DNA from: Trypethelium eluteriae
Lineage: Eukaryota
Direction: 5' to 3'
Length of the DNA: 64,000 nt
Assembly: GCA_051942245.1 (NCBI GenBank)
Contig: JAVECL010000032.1
Location: forward strand, 1 to 64,000
Shown here: piece by piece, positions 49,413-62,490 of the stretch
How the letters are laid out: every line of letters starts with the position of its first letter
Numbering within the stretch: the first letter of the stretch is position 1
The notes under the pieces: model-generated
What the model was told of the DNA's origin: nothing
The model's database searches: none
The model's input: the letters and a program-made list of their open reading frames with translations, nothing else
Program-made: the position numbers and the translations under genes

Positions 49413-51811
49413 ATGAGTTCAGATGACAGCAACGTATCTGGCAGTGAGAGCCGGTCAGCGGAAAGCTCATCATCTCCGACGTGCAATGGCAGCTCTACCT
49501 CTCGTACGTTAAGTAATCTCCTTACTTCCGCAAGGCTCGAATCTCACTGATAATTCAGATACACGACTTCGTAGCAGCACTACCTCGACTTCAATTCCGC
49601 CACTATCCAATGACCTACGAGAGACGAGCGATATCAAGGGTACTGATCCTACCCGTGGGGAAAGTCTCGACTGCGAGGTCCCCGCCACTTCTCCAGACAT
49701 CAGGCTTAGATCCTTAGATGAAGAACAAGACAAAGAGAGTGAAAATACCGATTTTACTGAGGATACAAGGGTGCCTCGCAGAAATTTAGGATATATACAA
49801 ACAACATCTTTCATGCTCAATGCCAGTCTCGGATACGGCATTTTCACTACGCCAGGATACGTATTAGCTCTTACACATAGCAAGGAGGTCTGTTTAGGAC
49901 TTTGGGCCGTTGGTGGTGTTTATTCAGCACTAGCGTACGTTTAGCCCAATGAGTGTTCTTCCCTGCCACTGTAACTCACCACCATCTCACAGAGCGACAA
50001 TTTTTTTAGAATACGGTACCGCACTTCCATTCAATGGGATGGCTTTGATCTACGTATGTCCTAAGATGAGCGGATGCATCCCCCGAAAGCTAGCTGACAT
50101 TGTAGAAAGCTTGATGAAGTCTTCCCTCGACCAAAACTCTTGGCCACAGTCATCTTCTCGGTCTTTTGGATTTTCTTCGGAGGTACAGTAACGCTGTCGA
50201 AGACTGTTGCTCAGAGTATTCTCTCCGTGGCTAATCCGGGCGTTCCTTCCACCCAACTTTCGCTCGGTCAATTGAAATTCACAGCTGTTGTAGTGCAAAC
50301 TGTTGTGTGTCTGTTATTATACTTTGTTCGTCGCTTGTGTTTTGTTTTCAACAGCGCTTTTGCCTTGTACAAGATCATATTTTGTTTGGTAATATTTGTC
50401 GCTGGCATGATCGCGAGCCGCAGGTCTAATTCTGGCTTCGACGACTTTGATACTCAATTTTCTGGTTATAATGGTGCTGACTCTTTGACGGCAATGATAT
50501 ATATCCTATTATGCTACCAGGGTTGGGATAGCGCGAACTATGTGAGTGATCAACAGATACGTAATCCTTCGAAGACCTCTGACACATGAAAGATTGCAGG
50601 CGAGATCAAGGACTGCAAACGGACTTTGAAATGGTCTGCAGTCACAGCAATCTCCATCTTGACATGCTTATATATGCTCGTAACACTGGCCTTTGTACGC
50701 AGATTCCCGATATTATTTACGCCATTCTAACTCATCCAACCTATCTAGTTTTCCGTAACGGATTATGTCACGCTTACGAACAAGTCTGGGCAAGCGAATG
50801 CCGCCACTCAATTCTCGCAAAAGGTCCTGTCAAGGTCATCTTTAGCAGGAGTATACTGAGATTTTCTGATAGGTATTCGGCTCTACGACAGGCATGCAGG
50901 TTGCAATCGCATTATCTGTATTCAGCGATCAGGTCACTGTTACTTACACATGTGCTAAAGGTATAGATACAAACGAAGATCCACCATGATGCGGCTAACC
51001 GAACTTCTAGTCAAACAAGCTATTGCTTGGCAAGGTATCATACCATTCTATCGCTTCTTCGGAAAAACAGATCGCAATCTCGACAGCCCCGGGGGCGCGC
51101 TTCTCCTGCATTGGGTTTTCACGGTCATACCTTTGCTAGCAGTGAACTTGGCCAATGATCAACGCCCATTCTTCACTGGAATATATGGCTATGGATATCA
51201 GGTCATGTATGGTATGCTTGAATAGCGTCCCAATACCCCCCATATAGTCTAATGGACCTGTGCAGTGTTTCTTGGAGTCGGACTTCCTCGCCTGCAGAGT
51301 CGAATGCGTGTACTTGACACCAATTGGCGACCAACATACCTCAGAAATCGCAAGCTACTTCTCCTGCTATGCTTCATCTTTGTCTCCATGAACATTGTTA
51401 TCTTGGTCATTGAAGCGCTTCCGTTGGAGAGTGGCACAACTTCCCGGTTTTACTGGCCTATTGCTTTAATTGCGATCTTTGCCTTCGGTATTATCTATTG
51501 GGCCGTGCTTCGTGCCCTTCAAAGCGATAAAGTGAAGGATAGAGGAGCTCTGAGTTCAATGGTTGGTCTAGAGGTTAATATATATGAAGAGGGGGACGAG
51601 AACATGCCAGAGGAGATGAGATCGCTCATGCAGGACGCCGCAAGAGACGGTTCCCGACGAAGGGTTCAGTACAAAGTTCGTATCAATTGCCTGGAAGAAC
51701 CTGCGCTCACCCATAATTCTGATTCGTATATAGGTCACGGGTCCTGCTTCAAGGTGTCGCGAAGGATATTATAAATTCCAAGATACGATATTGCAAAATT
51801 TTGGCTATTGA
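49413..51811 (+). CDS. APC-family amino acid permease (methionine permease/LAT-like)
   Basis: Multi-exon. Reads RRNLGYIQTTSFMLNASLGYGIFTTPGYVL, FLEYGTALPFNG, YQGWDSANY|IAGEIKD, VKQAIAWQGIIPF and PGGALLLHWVF. Exon boundaries are partly inferred. Confidence 0.8.
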
Positions 51812-51989
51812 ATACAGAAAATGCGGCAAGTGTAATGGAAAACTTGAAGATCCTAAGATGTGATGACAGGGCTTAAAGAGGCATACCTTCAGAGTATCTC
51901 CATCATGTCGTTTGTATAGTGGTAACAGCAAAAGCAATCACTTTTTATGAAAATCTTCCTGAGATGTCTGTCTTCTCGAATCGATGCCG

Positions 51990-53110
51990 TGAGCCAGCCT
52001 CAAGACGTAGATCTCCTCTTTCATAAAACTCCCAGCGCCACGAATGACTTGAAATTCGTCAATATACTGAGTCTATCTATTCTTCCACAGGAGATTATGC
52101 CCGAATCTTTCCGCCTCCGGGGTCAATTACCCGTGTAGAAGTAGTTCCTCTGGTTGAAATAGCCGGGATAGCTCGCTTTTTGCAAGTAGGTGATTTCGTC
52201 CTGTCATCCAGGCGACGAGTCAGAGCTTTAAACTTGAGTTAGATCAGGGCACGTACCTGAGTCAAGCGCCTTGCAACGATGATCCGATGGTGATCACGAA
52301 TAGTCTACTTATAGACAAGCATTAGCCTGATCATATGCACTTGTAGAGTACGCTTCTCTAGGGTCCATGACAGTCCGCAGGCACACCTCTCTTTGCCAAT
52401 GGGCGCCAAACTCGTTGGACCTATCTTTAATATATGCGTCCAGTATGCAAATGCGTAGATATCGTGTAGGCAAGAACTGCTCTACATAAGTCGTCGTCGT
52501 GGAAATGCCTGTGCAGGTGCCGGTCGGGTCTCGACTGGTCATTTCTGAGACACACTTGCGAATGTTGGCATGGCAAACACATGAGGGGTAGATCTGTATT
52601 CTTGTGAACAACAACTACATTCGAGTCACTCAAAGTCGAGGCGGAGATCAAGCTAGTATGTCGCATCCAGACGAACTGACATCGGTGAGTAAGCATCGTA
52701 ATTCAAATCCTCAGCCAGCCACTTGTTGTAAACCATGTGGTTCTATCCGGGAATTGGGCATGCATAAATGCAATGCATGATTGCCTCTCCTTGTGGCTTC
52801 GGAGATTTCTTTTAATCAAAGCGTTGTCGTTCATTTGATACCAAACACCCTCCTGGCTGCGGAGTGCGTCGTATATTGCCATGTTATTGGGCAACTTGCT
52901 GAAAAGCTCCTGCACCACAACAAACTCAAGATAACGGCATGCGGACTGTATAACATGACGTATTTGACCTGGATCGAAGGGAAAATACTGCATCAGCTGA
53001 ATCTTGATCATAAGCAAGTACATGTCGCATCTAATACGATCGCGTACCTGACCTAGCAAAGCTGAATATCTAGCATTATTCAGCAGAAAATTGTCTCGCG
53101 AGGACCCACA
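51990..53110 (-). pseudogene. Degraded multi-exon gene of unknown function
   Basis: ORFs 52703-53059 and 52427-52696 are in the same frame, separated by a single TGA. Splice-like GTACGT..CTAAC..CAG signals follow downstream. Family not recognised. Confidence 0.3.
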
Positions 53111-55414
53111 CTTGGATAGGCAATGGATGCTTTCAGCACATCGATTGCTTTTGATTATACCTAGTTTTATGTCCCAGTCCTCACGCCTACAGGGAATGAC
53201 CTCATACGATCCTGGGCATTGACCTCATACGCCTTAAAGGCTGGTTGGAAAGGCGATGATTTACCGAAGATCACTTCGAAGCTCTTCGAACATCCCGGCC
53301 TATGACCCCAATCACAGCTCCTAGAGCCAAGCTAGTGCAGAAGAAATCAGTCCCTGTTCCACCGTTCAGAGACAGACATCTCTAATCGGCTCCTTGAAAG
53401 ACCTACACTTCAAGTCAGTCGTCTTGACTTCATCATAGCAGAGTAGCGGCCACCCACATACTTCGAGCGTAGAAACTCTCATTCGTACGCGGACAAGTGC
53501 CTTGAGCTAGAGTTGAAGAATCTTTGAGTGCCAAAATCCCGAAGCTACTCGCTACATGCTCAACGCACCTATTGCGTCCTGCCGACATGGTATGACGATC
53601 TCAGCGGCATGTTCAGCGGTAATTTGCCTTTCTCCTTCTTTGTTTTTTTTCTAATTTTTTTCCCTCTTCTTTTTTTAGTTTTCGGGCTTGATCATGATTC
53701 CACTTGCATTCCGTCTCCAAGCCGCGCAGGGAAGGGTGAGGTGCAACAGTCACTAGCGTTGGGTCTTTTGCTCCCAGGGGTATGTTGCGTTTCTCTCATC
53801 TCTATCTCCTTCGCTGCAGACTGTACTCGGCGTCCGGTTCGCTCAGACCGGCCAGGCCACAAACATATGCCTGCCCTAAGGTAGACGGAGTTTCAGGGCA
53901 TGCATCCGGAACGGGAGGGGCGAGCCACTCCAGCATTGTCTTCTCATGCTTTACGCATGATGACGCACCGGCCTGGTAAGCCATCGTAGTTCGGCTTGCT
54001 GTATTAAGCAAGGCCGGTCATGACGCCTGTCGCCATCCTGGAACCCTCTGACACCATAGGCCGGTAATATATTGCCAGCATGTCTCTTCCCAAGGCTCTC
54101 GGTTCTTTCTTGTGTTATCTTTCCCATGCGGGGCAACTCTTTAGGTGACCTGCTCTGTGCTATACTAAGAACGGTCTCATCTGCTCATTCCTTAAGACGA
54201 GGCTGAGCTACAGCCTCCCTTGGCATCGAGATTTGTTGCAAACTTGTCGATCGGGGACCGTTGAGGACTCTAGGTCAGGTCGTCGCCTGAAGAGACAGGG
54301 GCTTGAAGACGTTAACGAGGCACAGGCACCATGGAGACTGACCAAACGAATGGTAGCAGTGACAGCATTGCAATATTGATAGAAAATGCAGATACACTCA
54401 GTAAGCATATCTTCCCTCTTGCCAACCAAAAGCTCCGAACCTGACTTTCGCAATCCACTAGGCATTTCTACCAAAGACGGACACAAAGAATCCTGGAAGG
54501 CCAATTGGCCCCTGCAAGTACTTCTTGATGGCTTGTCCCCTGAGGAAATCGAAGGACTTGTGAGGAAACAAACCTGTCTTTTCCAGCTTCAGAATCTTGA
54601 GTGCAAGGTTAAGGAGCAAAACGAATCTCTCGGGAAAAATTGCTTGATCTGCAGTAAGGGCCAAATCGATGAAATCCACCCTAATTGAGACACGAGTCGA
54701 GATATCTACAGAGTTGCGGCACATAAACAATGGCGTAATGGTGAGACTAGAGAAGTGCATGCTGGAAAACACTTGGCGGTGATCGGTAAATGATGCTTGT
54801 AAAGACTAGTCATAAAAGTCAATTTGGACTAGAAAGAAAAATAAAGAGATCTGTCTCATAAGTCTTTGTGCTGAGCCGTTTGGACTTTTCAGAGCCACCA
54901 CTGGCTCACGTTCATCAAAGGGACGAGGACTCTTACGGATGTCTCATACAGTACCTTGAGGACCTTCGTCGGTTGCTTCAATGGGGCGTTAGCCAACACT
55001 CATAAATGCGTTGCACCTGAAATCCTATTGTCTCACACAGTGCCCACAAGAGGCTAGGGTAAGGGATATCCACGGCTCAAGAGCATGCGACTATTCATGA
55101 CTCTAACGATAGATACCCGACACTGAGTTGTATAGAACATTCGAATTGATATCTGAAGGAGTGTCAGTGGGTATCATATATAAAACACCTGTCTCCCTCC
55201 CACGATGCATGTCTGAGTTGATAGGTTTTCCCCCATCACAAGGACAAAGAATGCCTTCAAATTCTAAATCATTACCAGAGAATAACCCTGTATCCCAACC
55301 ATGAAATGCATGAAACTCGTACCGACCCGTGTTGTATCCCACACCACAACAATGAGCATGCTGAGCGATGGACGTCCGATCAAGGACCCGAAAAGAAACT
55401 ATCCGAACCATCTA

Positions 55415-56230
55415 TCACAGCATCGTCGCCATAACAACCGCCACAGCAAAGACGCCAAAGCCAGTCACCGCCATGCGCGAGCCATCGTTCGCGTTAGCGG
55501 TTTGGACAGGCGGACTCGTCGAGGTCGGGAACGGCCTCGGCGGAATATTCGTCGCACTGGCGCCAGAACCCGATCCACTTCCTCCCGACCCACCGAGCGT
55601 GCCATTTGAGGGAGATGTGGAGGTGGAGTTGGAGGTGGAGCCAGTGAGGTAGGTGGTGAAGCTGGCGCAGGCGATGCGGCTGCCGTTGTTGGCATGCACG
55701 ACAAAGCTGCCGTTACCGACAAATTGGGAGGAGCCGATGGTGAGCGAGGTGTAACGATCAACAAGACTAGAGCGCATATTAGATTCTGCTGCAGTTCGTG
55801 TGGGGCTGTTTTGGGGTTCGTAGTCTTACTTTGTTGCAAGCGCGGTGCCGTTGATCTTGCCGTACTTGCCAGACAAGTCGCCTATCTGGCAGCTTTGAGG
55901 CTGGCTCGCGTCGCAGGGTGGCTGTTCGCCGCGGTTGAAGGGGTCAAGATGGCCGCCGGTGCCCATGCAGTCGCCGTTTGATGGGACGGGAAACTCGTGA
56001 ATGTGATACTCGAAGGGACCTGCTCCCTGTGGAAGATTGGCGATGTTGATGGCGTAGTTGACATAACCGCCGGATGAGCTGGCAACAACGCGGCCTCGAA
56101 TTACGTTGTTGAGTAGGTTGGGAAATGTGGCCAGGTACATTGCTCCAGATGGATTGCTGGTCACGACGGGAGCATTCTGCGCCGAAGCGAGAGTGGCTAA
56201 GGCCAGTACAGTAGCAACAAAGGTCTTCAT
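55415..56230 (-). CDS. Secreted, probably GPI-anchored Cu-only superoxide dismutase (Candida SOD4/5-like)
   Basis: Signal peptide MKTFVATVLALATLASA; YHIHE, GGHLDP, CQIGDLSGKYG; intron 55829-55767; SFVVHANNGSRIACA. The two extra Zn-ligand histidines are absent. Ends in a Ser/Thr/Gly-rich stalk and a hydrophobic C-terminus. Confidence 0.88.
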
Positions 56231-58612
56231 GCTGGTCTGAGATACTGGTTGAGGCGGAGAAACTGGAAATAGAGAAGATATGTAGTTTATGCTAATTATT
56301 GCTAGTAGCCTATTGTCAGCGTCAAGTGTAAAAGTGTCTTGGGGAATGTACACTCACACGAGAGACTCTTCGCGTCTCACTAATCGATAAGTTTATCTGT
56401 ACCTTGTCCGAACACGTCCGAGCTTGACTTGATTGAATGGAATACGCTAAGAGAGAGGTGTGTAACCGGGAAAGAAAGCGGCTGGTGAAAGCGAACAAGC
56501 TTTGATCAAAAGCACGCTCGGGAGGGGAAGCAGCGAATGTGGGTGAGAAGAGCGAAGCGATAACTCTTGGGAAGGTGAGTACAGAGGCAAGGGAGAGAGC
56601 AGGTAGTGAGCCGGGTGGGTGGGAGAGAGAAAGTAGGTACGACACCCGGTCAGTGGGCAGGTATTTGAGGTCTTACCGCAGCCCAAGTAATCGGATGATC
56701 TAGGCAGTCGACTAAGGCTTACCATGAAGCAACAAACAAATTCCAACACTCGGTTCCAGCCGGGCACAGCTACATTGAGATGTGGGCATGGAAGGCGCAG
56801 TGAGAGCCAGTTTCCATCCTTTCAGGGCTACAGCCCGTACGCTGGATTTACGGCTCAGATCCAATGGATTCAGGAATGCGGGTCCTAGACAGGCGCGGCG
56901 TAGATAGCCCGATGGCAGTGTGGGCAGACATTTGTTTCAAGCGCCCAGTCTACGCCTGCGCCCTCGTCAGACGGATCTCTGTTCTTTTGAAGAGATAATG
57001 AGTCGTCGGAGGCGATGCGGCTGAACCAACTCTTTAGGTCCCACGCCCACGCCCAGGGTCTCAGCCGAAAGACCGTGGCGACCCCAAGACTGGAACGACT
57101 AGGCCCGTTGGAGGCTGTTTTGCTGCCATTCCTGGACCTGGATCAGCCAGTCTCCATGCTACAAATGGATTAAGCTTGGTACAGAAATATCTGCGGCCAA
57201 TGCTTCGACCGTGATGCAAGGTACCAGGCTTCCTCCACTGTTGTTTCAGTCTTCCTTCCATACAGCCCATTCTTGTTTCTTCAGTCCCCTTGGCACGATC
57301 AATGTTCCAAAACGCGCGAAAGATTTGACCTGCCTATCCTCTTCCTTACCTAGACTTTGTACATTTTTTTCGGCCAAGTCTTTGTTCTTCGAAACTTTGT
57401 TTCGTCGGTGAAACTGCTGATTGACGACCGAACGTCGCCGCGTCGTGCCTTTGCGGCACGGAGATGACGCCCGGGAATCAGGCATTCAATTGAGCACTGA
57501 AGCTGTCCTTGTCTGCCGGCTTTCCCGAAGATCAGACTACTGGACCCATTCGTCATGCCTTCGTCGCAGTAACACTGGAAATGGAAGTCTGCAAGATATG
57601 TCGCGAAGGCATCATCTGAGTGGTGCTTTGGGGATGATAGATGACGTGTCTACAAGCTCCGAGTTCCCCGGATTCGCACATCACGCTCCATGGGACCGCT
57701 GTCAGCGCAAGGTAAGGTAGTCGCCTACATCTGAATGGTCGATATCTTTCCGAGACGCGTAAATCTTGGGGCTGTCAATTGCCACACCGCGCTTGCGCAG
57801 CTGATCCTCCGTCAGAGCTGGAAGATTATCCCTGGCCACCATAGCAACTCTACCTCACCTAACCTTATTGACTTGCCTTACTGCCATATCGCAGGTCATG
57901 TGCTTCTCTTGCCTGTGTTGCATGCTGACTTGGAATTCTTTGGTCCGTGATCTAATTTGGATAGTACAAGATGTGATACCAGGTATCTTCCTACTTCCTA
58001 CCTGGAAAGATTCCCTTACCAACTCTAGTATCTGGTCAAGGCGAGATGTAATTCTATTGGACTTCTATAATTTACTTTAAGTCGTCGATGTTCAACGGCC
58101 TAAGCTATGTAATTTAATTCTCGGACTGTGATGGTCATTTCATCGGCAACTCAGTCCATCTAGCATATCAGCCGAGATGCCATCAAAAAGTAGCCGGCTA
58201 CTTAAGTACCTTCCTGCCCCTTCCTGTTCATTAAGTGAGAAGTTTGGACAGGTTTCTGCCATTAGTTGTATAATGCATGGACCATGAATTGACTAATCTG
58301 CGTGCCTTTCGTTTCTAAATTCTACGGTGTGCAAAAAATGCTGTAATTCGCGCACATAAACGTACACGAAGCCATTGGCTGACGTGCCACGAACTCCACC
58401 CATTGCATATGCGGATATCTCATGCTCATCGCTCGACGTTCACCCCGGTCCAGCGCCGCAAAACACATAAAGCAGTGTCCCGCATCCCCCGGAAGTCAGA
58501 CGCCATATCCATGGAATAGATGCCAATCTAGCCTGACATGCTGAGATCCGTCATTAATGCCAGCTCACGCCATCCACAACGCCAAAAGGATAGTCCCCCG
58601 TTGATTCAGCCA

Positions 58613-61020
58613 TCATTGGTATTTGTCATCGATCTCGCCAGGATCCATTGTGGATACGAATGCGCGATTGATGAAGGCATGCCATACCTTATTCTTCTTG
58701 TGCTTCTTCTTGTCTTTTTTCTTCTTTCCTTTCTTGTGTTTGTGCTTCTTCTCCGTGTCCACCTCTTTACCGTCCTCAACATTCCGGCCCTCTTCTTCTA
58801 TAAGACTTCTACTGTCCTCTAAATGTGTGACCAAATCATCATCAGATATCGTAGCGTCATCAATCTTTTCCTTCGTCCCAATGCGCCTCGCGAGCTTCAC
58901 CCAACTTCCTACAGTCAGGTCCTTCAGCTTGTAAAGCTTATCATGCCGAGTATCATACTCGATCTGGAACGAGAACTCCTTGGGGCGGGGCTTCGACTTA
59001 TTCGGCTTCTTGTCGTGGTGTTTGCCTTCCTTCCATTTCAAGATACTTCCAAACCAATCCATCCATGCCTCGCCTGTCTCCTGCCACCCTTCTTCTGCAG
59101 CTGAGCTATAGGTGGATGCCGCGAGGGAGGAATCATGAAAGTCGTTGTTAATTTCTGTAAGGTTGGCATAATACTGAGAATACCCCAGAAGTGTGAATGG
59201 CTGAGGCGAGTATGCAGGGCCGGGAGGTGTAGATTTGGACGGAGGAGCTGGGATGGTGAACTTAGGTCTCTTGCTCTTCTTGCCTTTCTTCTTCTTGTGC
59301 TTCTTGCGCTCCGCCGCTTCATCATCACTGTCTTCCCCGAGCTGCTCGTCAACGGCCTGATTTTGCGCCAGACGCTGTAGCACCTCCTCGGCGCGCATCA
59401 AACCTGTCTTCCCATCTTTGTCAAATGCGTTCTGTAGATCAATTCCAGTCGTATTGTACTCGAAGACCCGCATTGTGGGGAAGAAATTCGGCACGACACT
59501 TGCGCTGACAAGGCTGATGCCATACCGCTCATGCCATTTGCCGCCGATTTCCTTAAGAAATTGCTCGCGTTGCTTCTCTTCCTTCGTCTTCTTCGCTTTC
59601 AACGCACGAGGCTGGTGTCGGACAAAATGCTCAACCTCCCACTCTGGACGCGCATCGTCGGAAATGGACGAAAGGGCCTCTTTTACGAGCTCCTCTTGAA
59701 ACATACCAGGTGGTGGAGTGGGAAGGTCCGCCCATTGCTCGCGTAAATCCTTGAGATAGTCTTGACTTGAAGCAATACCGAACTCACCATCCTCATGCTT
59801 CTTTGTGCTGCCTTGATTCGAATCGTCTTCGCCGGTACCGTCCACCTCCAGCACATTCCAATCAATCTCATGAAAATCTTGCAACATGAAGTGCTCCACA
59901 TTCATGTGTCCCCACAGCCCTCCCACGATCACATCGCGGTACTGCCGAAGCCATAACGCATATTTCTGCCAGCACGTCTCGTCCCACTGCGTCTTACTAT
60001 CTGTCCTTGCCGGCGGGACATGCCCTGACAAAATAGCCTTCATGCCTCTCTCCCTCAATAGCTGCAGCCTGACCCTCAACCATTCAAACGCCTCATACCC
60101 CGGCTCCCCGCTGTCCGCACACCCATCGACGCCCGCGTTCTTGCCAAAGAAGTACATCGTATTGAGGCTGAATACCGCAAGATGATCCGGCACCACCTCC
60201 ACATAGAACCAACCCCCCTGCTCAAACGCATGCCGCTGCTCCTCCGGGATGAACGACCGCCAGAGACTCGCATACTGCTTCGTCCAGTGGTTCGGCCCCT
60301 CCTCAAAGATATTATGCGGCAGAATATCATTATTCCCGATGCTCGGCACGATGGGCACGGTGAAGTCGTTTGTCGGGTCGTCGTCTCCTTCGTCGCCATT
60401 GTGCTTGCCGAAGACGGTGCGGAAGTGCGAGACGAGCAGCCGGTTTTGCGCGATCACTTGCGACTCGGTGCGGGGGATGGACTCGTCGTTGTCGTGGCGC
60501 GCGGAGTCGCCCGTCCAGACGATGAAGTCGATCTCCGAGGCGAGGTGTTGCGCGATCCAGGCGAAGGTCGCGTTGACGAGGGTGAGCGGGGAGTCGCAGT
60601 CACTGGTTTCGGCGCCGTAGTAGCCGGCTGGGCCGTGGCCGCTATGACAAGCGTTATCGGAGGAGGTCGAGGTGTAGGGTTCGTAGAAGGGGTCGGGGTG
60701 GAAATCTGTCGTCACAAAAAGTCGAGAGTTAGCAGTGTCTTCAGCAAAACTCCATCGTCGCGGCCTAAATGCCACATCAGATGAATCAGAGCATCGGTAC
60801 CTGTAATGTGTAAAAATCGTCCTTTTAATCCCTTTGTTTCCCCAATTTCTACAACCTCGCCATTGCCCTGCTGCGCGAATACCAGCGGTCGCTGTTCCTG
60901 CAGCGCATCCTGGTGAAGTTGCGACCGCGAAGGCACCGCGATGGCCGACTCCGCACTGTACCAAAGTACCAGCACCAGTAAGAGCACCGCTGCAGGCTTA
61001 GGTGGCTCGAACATCCGCAT
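58613..61020 (-). CDS. PPN1: Vacuolar endopolyphosphatase (calcineurin-like metallophosphoesterase)
   Basis: N-terminal TM anchor; GRFLHIT|DFHPDPFY across intron 60800-60706; DCDSP, WTGDSARHD, GNNDILPHN, GHVPP, GHMNVEHF, SVVPNFFPTMRV; Lys-rich inserts. Confidence 0.92.
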
Positions 61021-62490
61021 CTTGCATGCGGAGCCCCTTGGAGTTCCCACCCTTTACGCCCGATTCTCAAATGCGTTGGTGAGACGTCTAATGGAAAGAT
61101 GGAAGAAGAAACATGGCCTTCCTGCAGGCCTGAAGAAATGTTGTTTTGAAAAAAGACAAATATGCGAGACTGTGGCTTGCACGTCGACGTCAGAAGCTCT
61201 TCATCGGTGCCTGAGCGCTCGCCAAGCAAATGCAGAGGCCGGGATCTGTCTCGTTTCGTCCCGAGCCCGTCGGTCTGGTTCCACAGATAGATTAGGGTGT
61301 AGAGCCGATCTCTCGCGAACTGGTGTCCACAGCTCGCCTCGACCTCGAAGAATGAAGTCGGAGGAGCAGAGGCGGAGGAAGCATAGCGGGGGGCAGTGGG
61401 ATGATGAAATATGTTGATGCTGACTTGCGAGGACCTTGGAAGGTACGCAAATAGAATTGGCAACCTGGAGCTTTCCCACAGCGTCTCCGTAGAACGGTGA
61501 GTCCGCCGTGGCCGCCCAGCTGCCAACGCGGTCCAATGACAGCCTCAGCTGAGCCAACGTGCCAGAGAAACAAATCATCCACCCATTGTCTTCCGTCTGA
61601 GGCCCAGCAAAAATCGAGCACACGACCACACGACGGAACCACGCATCATGCACATGACCGTCTGTCGCGTGCTGCTTTGCCTGAGTCAGATGGCTGCGCT
61701 CCAGCTGTGTAGAGGGGCTGAAGTATGGAACGAGCCAGCACTAGTCGGATAGTTGGCCGTAACTCGCCTATTCTTCAGAGAACGCTTCGGTGGCTTTGGC
61801 CCTCTTAATAGTCTATCTACTCGGCTCTGGCTAAGACTGCGGTAGACCATCAGGTGTAGAGGGAAACAGAAGTTGGGAGACGAATAGTTATGTATGAGAT
61901 AATTATGCTTTTGATTCGGAGGGACGCTACAGTGCTGCTACCTAAGTACCCAGCCTCCATGCGAAGCTGGTGCCAGCGCCCTCCAACAGATCCGATAGGG
62001 GCTGCCTGCGTCCATGAGGGAGCCAAATGCTCAACCATCCATGGAGACCAAAGTGCAGCATCCGGCCAAGGGGAGCAAAACTGCTCAGACGCAATAGCTG
62101 GGGCTGTTGGTCACCTTGATCGAGGCGACTACCCCATCCAGATCGGTACAAGTGTCCATCTTTCAAAACAATAGTAATCGCTGAGTAGAAATGCTGTGTC
62201 GTTCGATCCGCCCCAGTGATGCTTTGTACAGCATGTACAGCTAGCTGAATATAGGGTGCTGCCAATGCCCGTGAACTCCACGCTGGGAACAAAAAGAAAA
62301 AGGAAAAAAGCAGAAAAACCTTGCCGATGCAGTGGGTATATCCCGTAAAACACCAGAAAGGAGTCAGCCGCACGCCTCGCCATGTGTCATGTATGATTGC
62401 TCGTTCCTTTCAACAGATGTCTATGCTTCCTGATACGCCGTCCATGTTCAATGCTTAGCTCCGCCCATTGGTTTCGTGATGCTTCGTATT

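Noticed and set aside
54386..54688. 100-aa ORF with a CxxC near the C-terminus
   Set aside because: No recognisable family or supporting exons. It could be a relic but cannot be supported.
14000..54800. Starship or other large mobile element carrying the accessory block
   Set aside because: The cargo-like content is suggestive, but I saw no tyrosine-recombinase captain, transposase, terminal repeats or target-site duplication in the window.
60182..61653. Long ORFs antisense to or upstream of PPN1 (200, 225, 158 and 150 aa)
   Set aside because: Explained as GC-rich shadow frames of PPN1 and its 5' region. No domain signal.
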